Below are positions 8,802 through 20,717 of a stretch of DNA of 64,000 nt, piece after piece; within the stretch, counting starts at the first letter, position 1; each line of letters opens with the position of its first letter. The notes beneath the pieces are model-generated. The model was not told where the DNA came from, ran no database searches, and saw nothing but the letters and a program-made list of their open reading frames with translations. The stretch is taken from positions 2,932 through 66,931 of the forward strand of contig CAJXRC010000002.1 in the NCBI GenBank assembly GCA_913058405.1, written 5' to 3'. This DNA comes from an uncultured Colwellia sp. GTDB taxonomy: Bacteria; Pseudomonadota; Gammaproteobacteria; Enterobacterales; Alteromonadaceae. The translations under genes were made by a program, and so were the position numbers.

Positions 8802-9842
8802 ATGAGCACTTCTAGTATTAACCCAGTACATAATAACCTTGTAAGTCATGATCCAGTAAATAAAAATCCTTTAAACCTTGTTGCCGATATCGGCGGCACA
8901 AACATCAGACTTGGTGTAAGTGACAGCAGTAACCTCATTATCGACATTGAAACCTACCAATGTAGAGATTTCACTTGTTTACTCGACGTAATCCAATGTT
9001 ACTTAACTGAAAAGAATATAACAAAAGCCAGTATTAATGCTTGTTTAGCTATTGCATGCCCGGTAGATACTGACATTATCTCCATGACGAATCTACCTTG
9101 GCAGTTTTCCCAAACAGAACTAAAAAAAGCACTGAAATTAAATAAACTAATACTGATCAATGATTATACTGCAATAGCCATGGCGATTCCGATGCTAACG
9201 GATAAGCAAAAAGTTAAAATTGGTGGTGGTACCGCAATAGCAGATAAAACCATTGCTGTTTGTGGGCCTGGCACAGGATTAGGAGTTGCCAATTTAATAC
9301 CGCTCGTTAATAAATGGTATTGCTTAGGAGGTGAAGGGGGCCACGTCGATTATGCTCCAATAGATGATAAAGAAATCCAAGTCTTACGCTACATTCAAGG
9401 TTTTAAAAAACGAGTTTCTTATGAGCAATTATTGTCTGGTTACGGTTTAGAGCAGATATATCAAGCATTACTCAATATTGAGCATGATAATTGTTTACCT
9501 CAACAAGCCACTAGCTTAACGGCTCAAGAAATCAGCACTCAAGCATTAATTGAAACTTGCACTCTCAGCCAACAAGCATTGGACTTATTTTGTAAAGTCC
9601 TGGGAAGTTTTGCAGGCAATCTCGCTTTAACAATGAATACTCAAGGAGGGGTGTATATTGCGGGTGGTATTGTCCCGCGTTTTATTGATTACCTTAGAAA
9701 TAGTGATTTTAGACTACGCTTTGAAGCTAAAGGCCGTATGTCACCTTTGAATAAAGAAATTGCCACCTATGTCATAACAGAGAAACAACCTGGTTTATTA
9801 GGTGCTTCAGTATATTTAAATCAAGATTTGGCAATAAATTAG
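8802..9842 (+). CDS. glk: Glucokinase
   Basis: ATP-binding DIGGTNIRLG motif and a GGEGGH motif. Glk-like length, with an N-terminal extension of ~25 aa. Confidence 0.85.
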   Translation: MSTSSINPVHNNLVSHDPVNKNPLNLVADIGGTNIRLGVSDSSNLIIDIETYQCRDFTCLLDVIQCYLTEKNITKASINACLAIACPVDTDIISMTNLPWQFSQTELKKALKLNKLILINDYTAIAMAIPMLTDKQKVKIGGGTAIADKTIAVCGPGTGLGVANLIPLVNKWYCLGGEGGHVDYAPIDDKEIQVLRYIQGFKKRVSYEQLLSGYGLEQIYQALLNIEHDNCLPQQATSLTAQEISTQALIETCTLSQQALDLFCKVLGSFAGNLALTMNTQGGVYIAGGIVPRFIDYLRNSDFRLRFEAKGRMSPLNKEIATYVITEKQPGLLGASVYLNQDLAIN

Positions 9843-9914
9843 GAAAGCATCAACAGATCGATAATGAATCTTTCACAAATTTTAATTGATTTCAAATCCA
9901 GAAGCTGGCTTTCA

Positions 9915-10514
9915 TCACTGAGTTTGTTTGAGCTGCACTATGATCATATTTTTACCGCTTAAACTAGTAATTAGTTGAGTATTAACGGTCTTTTGTTCTA
10001 TTGATGACAACTTAATTAAGTGGCCAACAGGTACACTACAGTGATTATTCTCAGGCGTAGTGACAACCATATCGTCAGTTAAGCTATAGGCAAAAAGTAA
10101 AGTATCTTCGCTCAACTCAACTGTGACAATCTGTTGCTCAATATAACAATCAACCTGAGGTGAGAATGTCAGTTGATTAGTCATAATGTTGAAGTCTTTA
10201 ATTCCTCCGTTTACTAAAGTGCCATGTGTGTTGCTGCCGCCATCAAAGCGAGCGATATCCAGTAAGTTAGTTAATTCATCAATATCATCATTACCGTGAT
10301 TTAACGTTAAACCTTCACCTTCAATGAGTACTAGATTGCGTTGATACCCTGCAAAGTTTGAAAAGTCACCATCATTGACCACACTGGCAATGCTTAAGCG
10401 CCAATCAAAATCATCCAAACTACCACCCTCGCTAATGGCTAATTCAGTGGTATGGCCTAAACCATTTTTCCATGGAATAGTTCTAAAATTTTCAGGAGAG
10501 AATACAGTAAGCAT
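9915..10514 (-). CDS. hutD: HutD-family protein
   Basis: ~199 aa with the N-terminal IPWKNGLGHTTELAI signature of the HutD family. Confidence 0.7.
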   Translation of the reverse strand: MLTVFSPENFRTIPWKNGLGHTTELAISEGGSLDDFDWRLSIASVVNDGDFSNFAGYQRNLVLIEGEGLTLNHGNDDIDELTNLLDIARFDGGSNTHGTLVNGGIKDFNIMTNQLTFSPQVDCYIEQQIVTVELSEDTLLFAYSLTDDMVVTTPENNHCSVPVGHLIKLSSIEQKTVNTQLITSLSGKNMIIVQLKQTQ

Positions 10515-10728
10515 AAATGACCTTGAGCGTAATTTTTTGCCATATTACTTAGTTTATCTTTATAGGCAAGTTTATTTATGTGACGCTTTATTTTGATAAT
10601 TACATTAGACCAAACGGATCTATTTTATTAGTCCAGTTGGTATTAGTACTTGCTATGCGCTCTGCGCTCACGTTAGAATTAAAAACGTGAATAGTTAATA
10701 CTTTCAATAAGCATTAACTACCACAACA

Positions 10729-10809
10729 CTTGTCGGAGTGCCAAAGGCTGAGATCGCGAAAGCGGGATCCGTAAAACCTGATCAGATTAATATCTGCGTA
10801 GGAAACAAG
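10729..10809 (+). promoter_or_regulatory. TPP (THI-box) riboswitch aptamer upstream of thiC
   Basis: cttgtcggagtgcc...ggctgagat...gggatcc...aacctgatcagattaatatctgcgtaggaaacaag. It has the CUGAGA and ACCUGAUC..UAAUA..GCG core and a P1 stem (cttgt/acaag), and is nearly collinear with the E. coli thiC leader as I recall it. Confidence 0.93.
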
Positions 10810-10930
10810 AGAGAGTAATTAAGTCATCGTGCTTAGCTTTTAACCAACCTCTTTTTGCCTCTTTTTAACTAAAAAATCAGTTAAAAAAACTCCGCCTATT
10901 TTTACTTTTTTTTTGCTTTTATATCAATAA

Positions 10931-12937
<2,007 letters not shown>

Positions 12938-12949
12938 CTAAACTTCGTC

Positions 12950-13011
12950 ATATCCGAAGTGTTTTATCGGATATCCATTGTCTCCCCGAAGAAATGCTGC
13001 GGGGAGACAAT
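12950..13011 (+). other. Two tandem intercistronic stem-loops between thiC and thiO
   Basis: The first is atatccga/tcggatat (12950-12974). The second is a perfect 12-bp stem attgtctccccg/cggggagacaat (12977-13011), followed by a weak U-rich stretch. Confidence 0.6.
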
Positions 13012-13041
13012 CCTTTGCTTATCGGTAGAAGGCGGATAAAC

Positions 13042-14223
13042 ATGAACATTGCCATTGTTGGCGCAGGATTGATGGGGCGTTTACTCGCCTTGTCTTTACT
13101 GCGAGGTAAACAGTCAGAAAGCGTAAGTATTACTTTATTTGATAAAGATAATAAACTCGCCCACAACAGCGCTGCTTATGCGGCGGCAGGATTATTAACG
13201 CCTTTAGGTGAATCACTTCATTGTGAGCCTAACATTGTTAACATGGGTTTTGAGTCATTAGGTTTATGGCCAGATTTGCTCGACAGTTTGGATGAATATA
13301 CCCTTTTTCAACGAACTGGCGCCATCATGGTGAGTCATGAGCAAGATAAAGGTGACTATCAACGCTTTGTTAGGCACTTAAATAATAATTATCCAGAACA
13401 TGAGCGACATGCGTTAGACCGTGCACAATTACTTGAGCTAGAGCCTGAAATAGGGCGAAGTTTTAATCAAGGTTTGTACTTACCACAAGAAGGGCAGATT
13501 GGTAATCGTCGTTTATTGATTGCCTTACGAAAACAGTTAGAAAAAGAAGCTGAAAGCAGCAATGGCGTTAACTCGCTAAACTGGTTAAGTGAGTGTCAGG
13601 TATTTGCTATTGAAAACACTGATCTTAGTAGTACAGTTAGTTATCAGCAGTGCGGCATAAGTTGTAGCCAAAGCTTTGATTTAGTTATTGATTGTCGAGG
13701 TACTGGTGCGAGTCGTAAAAATAGCCACAGAGCCTGTGCACCATTAAGTGACTTACGATCAGTAAGAGGGGAGTTATTCCAACTTTTTGCGCCAGAAGTA
13801 AATATTTCAAGGCCGATACGTTTGATGCACCCTAGATATCAGCTTTATATTGCACCAAAACAAAAAGGTTTTTATGTGGTGGGTGCCACTGAAATTGAGA
13901 GTGACGATGATGCACCTATGACGGTTCGCTCTGCAATGGAGTTATTGAGCGCAGCTTATAGTGTTCATCCTGGATTTGCAGAAGCCAATATTCGTCAACA
14001 CATTAGTCAATGTCGACCAACTTTTAGTGATAATCAACCTAAAATCACTCACAAGGACAGTTTAATACAAGTAAATGGTTTATTCCGTCACGGATTTTTA
14101 ATTGCGCCAGTGGTACTTAAACAAGTGTTAACACTGGTTAATAACCAGATAAATAATACCAACGATACCTTGCCTTACAGTGAGTATTTACGCACTGAGC
14201 AACAGCAAGAAGAGGTGATTTAA
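13042..14223 (+). CDS. thiO: FAD-dependent glycine oxidase
   Basis: Starts MNIAIVGAGLMG (a dinucleotide-binding fold) and sits between thiC and thiS. The upstream ORF extension (12994) overlaps the hairpins and was discounted. Confidence 0.8.
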   Translation: MNIAIVGAGLMGRLLALSLLRGKQSESVSITLFDKDNKLAHNSAAYAAAGLLTPLGESLHCEPNIVNMGFESLGLWPDLLDSLDEYTLFQRTGAIMVSHEQDKGDYQRFVRHLNNNYPEHERHALDRAQLLELEPEIGRSFNQGLYLPQEGQIGNRRLLIALRKQLEKEAESSNGVNSLNWLSECQVFAIENTDLSSTVSYQQCGISCSQSFDLVIDCRGTGASRKNSHRACAPLSDLRSVRGELFQLFAPEVNISRPIRLMHPRYQLYIAPKQKGFYVVGATEIESDDDAPMTVRSAMELLSAAYSVHPGFAEANIRQHISQCRPTFSDNQPKITHKDSLIQVNGLFRHGFLIAPVVLKQVLTLVNNQINNTNDTLPYSEYLRTEQQQEEVI

Positions 14224-14435
14224 TGAATATTCATATTAATGGAAAAGCTTACTCGTTAAGCAATGAAATACATATCAGTGTCAGTTCTGCTTTAACGTTA
14301 CATTTTATTGAACCACAACAAAGTACTTTTGCTGTGGCGCTAAATGGTGACTTTGTCGGTAAAGAAGAGTACGACACCACCCTAGTAAAAAATGGCGATA
14401 GCCTTGATGTGCTATTGCCAATACAAGGAGGTTAA
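14223..14435 (+). CDS. thiS: Sulfur-carrier protein ThiS
   Basis: 70 aa ending in the diagnostic C-terminal GG (LLPIQGG). Its start and stop overlap the flanking genes. Confidence 0.9.
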   Translation: MNIHINGKAYSLSNEIHISVSSALTLHFIEPQQSTFAVALNGDFVGKEEYDTTLVKNGDSLDVLLPIQGG

Positions 14436-15235
14436 TGATGACACTTAACATCTATGGGCAGCAGCTTGATAGTCGTTTGCTTATTGGCAGTGCACTTTAT
14501 CCATCGCCACATGTGATGAAACAAGCCATACTTGCTAGCGGCTCACAAGTAGTAACTCTCTCACTGAAACGTCAAAATCCTTCGGAAAAATCGGGGCAAC
14601 AAATATGGCGTTACTTGCAAGAAGTTATTGCTGAAGTACATGGTCACTTATTGCCGAATACCGCCGGTTGTAAAACCGCAAAAGAAGCGGTTACCTTAGC
14701 AAAAATGAGTAGAGAAATTTTTCAAACTGATTGGATTAAACTCGAAGTGATTGGTGATGACTACAATTTGCAGCCTGATCCTATTGAGCTACTCAATGCC
14801 ACCGAGCAGCTGATAAATGACGGCTTTAAAGTCTTGCCTTATTGCACCGATGATTTAGTGCTTTGTCAGCGCCTTTATGATTTAGGTTGTCAGGTGATTA
14901 TGCCGTGGGCATCGCCAATCGGAACAGGTAAGGGACTAATGAATCCTTATAATTTAGAAACCATTCGTTTGCGTTTACCTGATGCTACCTTAATTTTAGA
15001 TGCAGGCATTGGCAAACCTTCGGATGCTTGTTTGGCGATGGAAATGGGTTATGACGGTGTTTTATTAAATAGCGCGGTTGCACTGGCAGATAATCCAGTA
15101 CTGATGGCAAAAGCCTTTGGTCAAGCACTGCAAGCAGGTGAACAAGGGTATGTAGCGGGGATTATGGAGCAAAGGCAAACTGCACATCCCTCTACACCGA
15201 CATTAGATACACCTTTTTGGCACCAAAATAGCTAA
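14435..15235 (+). CDS. thiG: Thiazole synthase
   Basis: 266 aa with ThiG-like motifs ([28 protein letters not shown]). Sits immediately after thiS. Confidence 0.93.
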   Translation: MMTLNIYGQQLDSRLLIGSALYPSPHVMKQAILASGSQVVTLSLKRQNPSEKSGQQIWRYLQEVIAEVHGHLLPNTAGCKTAKEAVTLAKMSREIFQTDWIKLEVIGDDYNLQPDPIELLNATEQLINDGFKVLPYCTDDLVLCQRLYDLGCQVIMPWASPIGTGKGLMNPYNLETIRLRLPDATLILDAGIGKPSDACLAMEMGYDGVLLNSAVALADNPVLMAKAFGQALQAGEQGYVAGIMEQRQTAHPSTPTLDTPFWHQNS

Positions 15236-15389
15236 TAAATTCGTCGTTATTTAACCCTGCTGCAGCGTTGAAGATGCTCACCTAGTAAACTAGGCTCCGC
15301 GTATTCGCCTTGCATTAGCGTCAACTAACTTAGTCTTTAAGTTATTTTACCTTTCAAATTATTAACCTATTAAATAGAAAATACTGACA

Positions 15390-16976
15390 TTGATGACTGA
15401 TATGATTAAGAAAAAACCGATAATCTGGACTATTTCTGGCAGTGATTGTTCTGGCGGTGCTGGTATTGCAGCCGATATTAAAACGGGGCATGGTTTGGGT
15501 GTGGAAGTGTGCCACCTGATTACCGCAAATACTGTGCAGAATTCGCACCAGCTGCTATCGGTAAATGCTATATCAGTTGAATTACTGCAGCAACAAGCAG
15601 CGTTGTTAACTGATGACAAACCACCATCGGTCATCAAAATTGGCTTAGTGGCTAACGTAGAGCAAGTGCAGTGGTTAGCTCAATTACTTGAACAAATTAA
15701 ACAAGTTATTCCCACAGTTATTAGCGTTTATGATCCTGTTGGCCAAGCGAGTGTTGGTGGTTGCTTTAACAGCCTTACTCTGGAACAGTTAGGCCCTTTA
15801 TTACTGCAAATTGATGTGATCACACCTAATTTGATGGAAGCGAAATGCCTAGCGAAATTTGATAGTTCAACGGACGAGAATAGTGCTGAAAAGTTGGCGA
15901 AAAAAATCCATCAATATTTTGCTATTAACAGCATTATTGTGAAAGGTGGTCATAGTTCTGATGATGATGGACACTCGATTGATTACTGTTTTCACCAATT
16001 AAATCAGCTGAATGGTAAACAAGACAACCAAGATAAAAGCCAAACAGCGATTAGTTACCAGTTAAGTGCACAACGCATAGAAAGTCATTACAGTCATGGT
16101 GGCGGTTGTAGTTTTGCCAGCGCATTAGCGAGCTTTCTTGCTCAAGGTTATTTGATACGTGATGCGTTCACTTTGGCAAAGGCGTTTATCAGCCAAGGCT
16201 TGAGCACAAGCAAGAAAGTCAGTGAATTGCACGGTCATCAATATTATGGTGCCTTTGAACAGCAAGGCTGGCCACGTAATGCTGAATGCTTCCCAGAAGT
16301 TCTTGATGAACTCAGTCAGCAATATCAAAATTTACCAGCTTTTAACTCGTTAGATTTAGCAGAGAAAAAACTTGGTCTTTATCCGGTAATAGATTCACTT
16401 TATTGGCTAAAGCGTTTGCTACCTTTAGGTTTAGAAATTATTCAGCTACGGGTGAAAAACTTGGCTGAAAGTGAACTTGAGCACGTTATTATTACCGCTG
16501 TTGCATTGGCAAAAGAATATAATACGCGTTTGTTTATCAATGATTATTGGCAATTAGCTATTAGACATGGTGCTTATGGTGTTCACATTGGACAAGAAGA
16601 CTTGCAAGATGCAGATTTAACGGCCATTCAGCAATCGGGGATACGTTTAGGCATCAGTACCCACGGTTGTTATGAATTCTTATCGGCACAGCGATTACAG
16701 CCATCATACTTAGCAATTGGTGCAATTTTTCCCACAAAAACTAAAGACATGACAGGGCAAATTCAAGGCATTGATAATTTGAGACAGGTATTATCTTTGC
16801 GTCCTGAAAATGAGCATAAAATTCCTGTGGTTGCTATTGGCGGAATTAATCTTGAACGCGCAGCAGAAGTTATCGCTACAGGCGTGGAAAGTATTGCTGT
16901 CGTTACAGCCATAACAGAAGCTGAGCGCTCACATGACATTTCACCTGAGCAGGCAGTCACGCGTTTACAATTCTAG
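15390..16976 (+). CDS. thiDE: Fused hydroxymethylpyrimidine/phosphomethylpyrimidine kinase and thiamine-phosphate synthase
   Basis: The N-terminal half has ThiD motifs (GSDCSGGAGIAADIKT, VKGGH). The C-terminal half has ThiE motifs (LYPVIDS, IQLRVK, GVHIGQEDL, AIGAIFPTKTK, VAIGGI). Confidence 0.9.
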   Translation: MMTDMIKKKPIIWTISGSDCSGGAGIAADIKTGHGLGVEVCHLITANTVQNSHQLLSVNAISVELLQQQAALLTDDKPPSVIKIGLVANVEQVQWLAQLLEQIKQVIPTVISVYDPVGQASVGGCFNSLTLEQLGPLLLQIDVITPNLMEAKCLAKFDSSTDENSAEKLAKKIHQYFAINSIIVKGGHSSDDDGHSIDYCFHQLNQLNGKQDNQDKSQTAISYQLSAQRIESHYSHGGGCSFASALASFLAQGYLIRDAFTLAKAFISQGLSTSKKVSELHGHQYYGAFEQQGWPRNAECFPEVLDELSQQYQNLPAFNSLDLAEKKLGLYPVIDSLYWLKRLLPLGLEIIQLRVKNLAESELEHVIITAVALAKEYNTRLFINDYWQLAIRHGAYGVHIGQEDLQDADLTAIQQSGIRLGISTHGCYEFLSAQRLQPSYLAIGAIFPTKTKDMTGQIQGIDNLRQVLSLRPENEHKIPVVAIGGINLERAAEVIATGVESIAVVTAITEAERSHDISPEQAVTRLQF

Positions 16977-17043
16977 CTGAATCATGCATATTCGAGTGGA
17001 ACGGGTATATGATGTCATTGATGGAAATAGGTTAAGGATAATA

Positions 17044-17505
17044 ATGAAAGTTTTAGAAAATAAGATACCACCGCCTTTAGTGGGTTTACTGATTGGGCTA
17101 GGGATGTGGGGGTTAAGTACAGTAACGCCAGTTATCTTACTAACAAATACAGTCAAATCAGTGTTGGTGATTGGTTTTATTGCTCTTGGTATTTTCTTTG
17201 ATCTTGCAGGCATCATCTCGTTTAGAAGGGCTAAAACCACTGTAAATCCGTTGAAACCTAATACGGCAAGCACCTTAGTAACATCCGGTATTTATCAAGT
17301 AACTCGTAATCCCATGTATGTTGGTTTTGTTGCTTTTTTATTGGCTTGGGCAAGCTTCTTAAGCTCGGCATGGGCTCTCATTTTAATTCCATTGTATATG
17401 CTTTATATTCAACGTTTTCAGATAGCTCCTGAAGAAAGAGCGCTAACAGCATTGTTCAAAGAAGAATTTACTCAGTATAAAGCACAGGTTCGCCCATGGT
17501 TATAA
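17044..17505 (+). CDS. Membrane methyltransferase (isoprenylcysteine carboxyl methyltransferase / PEMT-like family)
   Basis: Four hydrophobic segments, an RNPMYVG motif and a PEERAL motif. An SD-like aagga precedes ATG 17044; the longer ORF from 16984 is less likely. Confidence 0.7.
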   Translation: MKVLENKIPPPLVGLLIGLGMWGLSTVTPVILLTNTVKSVLVIGFIALGIFFDLAGIISFRRAKTTVNPLKPNTASTLVTSGIYQVTRNPMYVGFVAFLLAWASFLSSAWALILIPLYMLYIQRFQIAPEERALTALFKEEFTQYKAQVRPWL

Positions 17506-17544
17506 TGACCGTATGCAACGAACACGAGCTGATTTATTAAGCAT

Positions 17545-17583
17545 AAAAAGGGGGAAATACACTAGTGTATTTCCCCCTTTTCG
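17545..17583. terminator. Bidirectional rho-independent terminator between convergent genes
   Basis: aaaaagggggaaatacac/gtgtatttcccccttttc: a perfect ~14-bp GC-anchored palindrome flanked by an A-run and a T-run. Confidence 0.85.
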
Positions 17584-17611
17584 TTATTAATCATTTATAT
17601 TCAATGTAATA

Positions 17612-18463
17612 TTACATTGCAGATAATAATCTTGGATTAACGACTAAGTTTCTAACGCCGTGAGCGTGATCTTCTTTAAAAGCATTACCTTTACACCATT
17701 CACCAACAGACTCGATATTTACTTTCGCCACTTTTGGACGAACGCTCCAAGTTACTTGAAATGGAGAACCCTTTTCATTGTAACTAGGACCTGTAGTTGA
17801 GCCAGCATATTGAATCGGTGTGCCTGTGTTACTTGGAATGTTAGGCGCTTGATGTTTATCATTTTTGATACTGTGCTTAGTCAACTCAACAAAATCTAAA
17901 GCATTTTTATCATTCACAACAACAAATACTTGTGTCTCAACACGAAATTGTGGGTTGATAGTGGATTCACCTAAACAAGCACCTAACGTATTGCCCGGTG
18001 CTGCTTGTGCAGTAGAGTGAACATAGTGTACCTCGATAGTATCGCCAGGAAATAAACCACCGTGCGGGTTAGGACAAATATCCTGACTAACTTTTTTAGT
18101 TTCTTTACTGCTTAATTTACCTGTATAAACAAAACCTGTTTGATAACCAGTGCCATCGCCGTTACCAGCATACTTACTAAACTCGCCACCTTTATGTTCA
18201 GCATTTTTATGCATATGGATATTACATAAATTCATGTTAGTAGATTCCGGTGCTAGACCAAAAATACGTGGGTTATTACCTTGTTTCATTGATAAATCAC
18301 GAGGTGATTGTGGTCCATAACCTTTGTTAACTGTATTGTTTTCCAGCATAGCGCGTTGCTTTTTAATTAAGTTATCTGACACCTTGGTAGACACAATGTC
18401 AGCAAAAGCTGCCAATGGAGTTAATGCTGCGGCGACAGTTAGTGCAATAATATTCGTCTTCAT
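17612..18463 (-). CDS. Secreted carbonic-anhydrase-like protein (divergent alpha/delta-like)
   Basis: Signal peptide (MKTNIIALTVAAALTPLAAFA), QSPRDL resembling the alpha-CA QSPI(D/N) motif, an HMH..AEH motif and a later EVHYVH motif. Together these give an HxH...H candidate zinc triad. Confidence 0.45.
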   Translation of the reverse strand: MKTNIIALTVAAALTPLAAFADIVSTKVSDNLIKKQRAMLENNTVNKGYGPQSPRDLSMKQGNNPRIFGLAPESTNMNLCNIHMHKNAEHKGGEFSKYAGNGDGTGYQTGFVYTGKLSSKETKKVSQDICPNPHGGLFPGDTIEVHYVHSTAQAAPGNTLGACLGESTINPQFRVETQVFVVVNDKNALDFVELTKHSIKNDKHQAPNIPSNTGTPIQYAGSTTGPSYNEKGSPFQVTWSVRPKVAKVNIESVGEWCKGNAFKEDHAHGVRNLVVNPRLLSAM

Positions 18464-18935
18464 ATTTTACCCTTAAGGTTGTTGATTAACTGGTTACGTA
18501 CGACGAATAGCACTTTCGATACATTTTCGACACTTTTAAATCAATATAGCTAGTAGTTCAGGGATTATCATATAAAACAAAGCTATTCTACGCTGTTATT
18601 TTATAGCTGGTAAATGATAAAACTACAAGCCGGCTTTACTGTTTTAAATTGCACAAAAAGACAATGTTAGACTTTGTTTTTATTGCTTTTCATCATAAGT
18701 TAATTACTAAGCATGCTACAGCAAAATCGAATGTTAGACACTGACATGACCCAGTTATAAGCCGTCTAATGTGTTAAGAATTGTAATCATCCTAATGTAT
18801 GATGTTTTGCATTTTTATCACGTTGATCACATGAGGCACCAGTACTTGTGAGCATAAAATAGCAAGCTATAATTTAGGAAGTCAACGCATAGAAAGTTTA
18901 CTTGATATGTCTGGTAATTAATGTGGGGTATTATT

Positions 18936-19142
18936 ATGATTGAACTGAAAATTCAGGCTGTCGGCTCTGGAGTAGGAGTTGAACTTCCGCCAGAAGTGTT
19001 AAAACAATTACAAACCAGTGAAGGGGAAACTATCTTTTTAGAGAATATGTTTGATGGTAGTTATAGTTTAACTAAACATGACGAAAAGTCTGCTGAACAA
19101 ATGATGTTAATCGATGGGCAAATGCACGAAGAAGACTCTTAA
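18936..19142 (+). CDS. AbrB/MazE/SpoVT-type antitoxin-like DNA-binding protein (no toxin partner seen)
   Basis: 68 aa. MIELKIQAVGSGVGVELPPEVLKQLQTSEGETIFLE resembles the swapped-hairpin 'addiction module antidote' N-terminus, and the tail is acidic. Confidence 0.5.
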   Translation: MIELKIQAVGSGVGVELPPEVLKQLQTSEGETIFLENMFDGSYSLTKHDEKSAEQMMLIDGQMHEEDS

Positions 19143-19186
19143 ATATTCTACATAATCTATAAACAGCTACGGCATAAGAAGTAAAA

Positions 19187-19894
19187 ATGGTTAGCAATAA
19201 ACTACTAAGTTATAAGAAAATTTCTGTCGCTAAGGTGTTTGAAAAAGAAACCCAGCTTATTGCCCAAATACAAGCGGGAGAACTCAAGCAATGCTTAATG
19301 TTATGGCAGGCGAAAGAAGCGACCTTGGTATTACCTGCAGGTAAGAAGTGGCTGGCGTCAGATGAACTTAAAGCGAGTTTGTTAGCCGATGAGTGGCTTT
19401 TACAAGCGCGTAAAACTGGCGGAGCACCTGTGCCACAATGCCCCGGAATAATTAACTTATCTCACCTATATCTTTGGTCAAATGACTCGCCCTATTCAAT
19501 CACCCAAGCTTATGAGAATTTATGCACAGTTTTACATGGCTTCTTTGCTCAATTTAATTTAATTAGCCAAGCACATGCTACAGAATTCTCTTATTGTGAT
19601 GGTGATTATAATATCAACTTGAATGGTAAAAAAATTGTTGGTACTGCTCAGCGAGTGATATTAAAAAAAGGTGGCGGCAAGATAGTGTTGGCACAAGCCT
19701 TTATTTTGATTGATGTGTTACTTGAAGAGATCATAAAGCCAATTAACTTGTGCTACCAATTATCTGATAAAACCGATCGGGTAAAAGCGCAGGTGCATAC
19801 TACGCTTTTTGAGCATATTAACCAGAAACCGACAATAGATAAGCTATATCAGCAATTGACTAAAGCTTTTGTTGATAGTGGCCTTTATCAATAA
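19187..19894 (+). CDS. Biotin/lipoate A/B protein ligase family protein (LplA/LipM-like catalytic domain only)
   Basis: GKKIVGTAQR matches the conserved catalytic Lys motif of lipoate and octanoyl transferases. At 235 aa it has no LplA C-terminal domain. Confidence 0.6.
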   Translation: MVSNKLLSYKKISVAKVFEKETQLIAQIQAGELKQCLMLWQAKEATLVLPAGKKWLASDELKASLLADEWLLQARKTGGAPVPQCPGIINLSHLYLWSNDSPYSITQAYENLCTVLHGFFAQFNLISQAHATEFSYCDGDYNINLNGKKIVGTAQRVILKKGGGKIVLAQAFILIDVLLEEIIKPINLCYQLSDKTDRVKAQVHTTLFEHINQKPTIDKLYQQLTKAFVDSGLYQ

Positions 19895-19962
19895 AAGAGT
19901 TACTGATAAAAAACCACTAATCACTTATAAAATGAGTCTTAATAAAACGGGGTAAGCAATGC

Positions 19963-20550
19963 CTAAGAACCCGTTTTTAGTTGCTCATAAAGATCTGTAA
20001 ATTTAACGCGCTTTTTGTAACCTTTGAAAAAGTGCTTATGCATTACTTTACCTTGGTTATCAATTACCACGACACCTGGGTAAGGGATACCGTAATGATC
20101 ACTACCTACAGCATATTCACTGTTTACGATACCGTAGGCCAGCATTGTTTGTACTTTTTGGTCTGATAATAATGGATAGCTGATATTTTTCTGTTTAGCG
20201 AATGTTTTTAAAATATTAGTATTATCATAAGAAATGGCTGCTAAGCCGTAACCTAATTTTTTAAATTGTTCAGCATGTTCATTTAATTCTATTAGGTGTT
20301 TTTTACAAAAGGGACACCAATCAGCAGAGCGGAAAAACAAGATAATTACACCTTGTTCACCACTAAGCTCTTTGATGTTAACCGCTTGCTCTTGAGTATT
20401 TAGAACCGAAATCTTGGGCGCTTGTTCACCGAGTGTCGGGCCTACATTAATACTTGTGTTGGCAAAGGCATTATTAGTTAATAACAAAAGTAGTGAAAAA
20501 ACTGAGATTGATATTTTTTTATTGATGCGGGAGTAAATTTTACGGTTCAT
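19963..20550 (-). CDS. Secreted thioredoxin-fold redoxin (AhpC/TSA family)
   Basis: Signal peptide, WCPFCKKH active-site motif and a typical AhpC/TSA-like length. Confidence 0.8.
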   Translation of the reverse strand: MNRKIYSRINKKISISVFSLLLLLTNNAFANTSINVGPTLGEQAPKISVLNTQEQAVNIKELSGEQGVIILFFRSADWCPFCKKHLIELNEHAEQFKKLGYGLAAISYDNTNILKTFAKQKNISYPLLSDQKVQTMLAYGIVNSEYAVGSDHYGIPYPGVVVIDNQGKVMHKHFFKGYKKRVKFTDLYEQLKTGS

Positions 20551-20717
20551 TTAGGTTACGGATCTTTGTGGGTTATGACCTAAAAGACCGCTTGATGAAA
20601 TAAAAATTTCATTGTAAATGAAGCTATTGTTTATTAGTGCTATTTAACGACTAAATTTAGTTAAATAGCACTATCCCACTGGCAAGTGTTACTGGCCAGG
20701 GAGGACCGCGTTTTACA

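Noticed and set aside
12994-13041. N-terminal extension of thiO (MLRGDNPLLIGRRRIN...)
   Set aside because: The extension is encoded by the 12-bp GC hairpin itself. The canonical FAD-binding N-terminus starts at ATG 13042.
15354-15637. Two minus-strand ORFs overlapping the 5' end of thiDE
   Set aside because: They are antisense to the ThiD motif-bearing frame and have no support.
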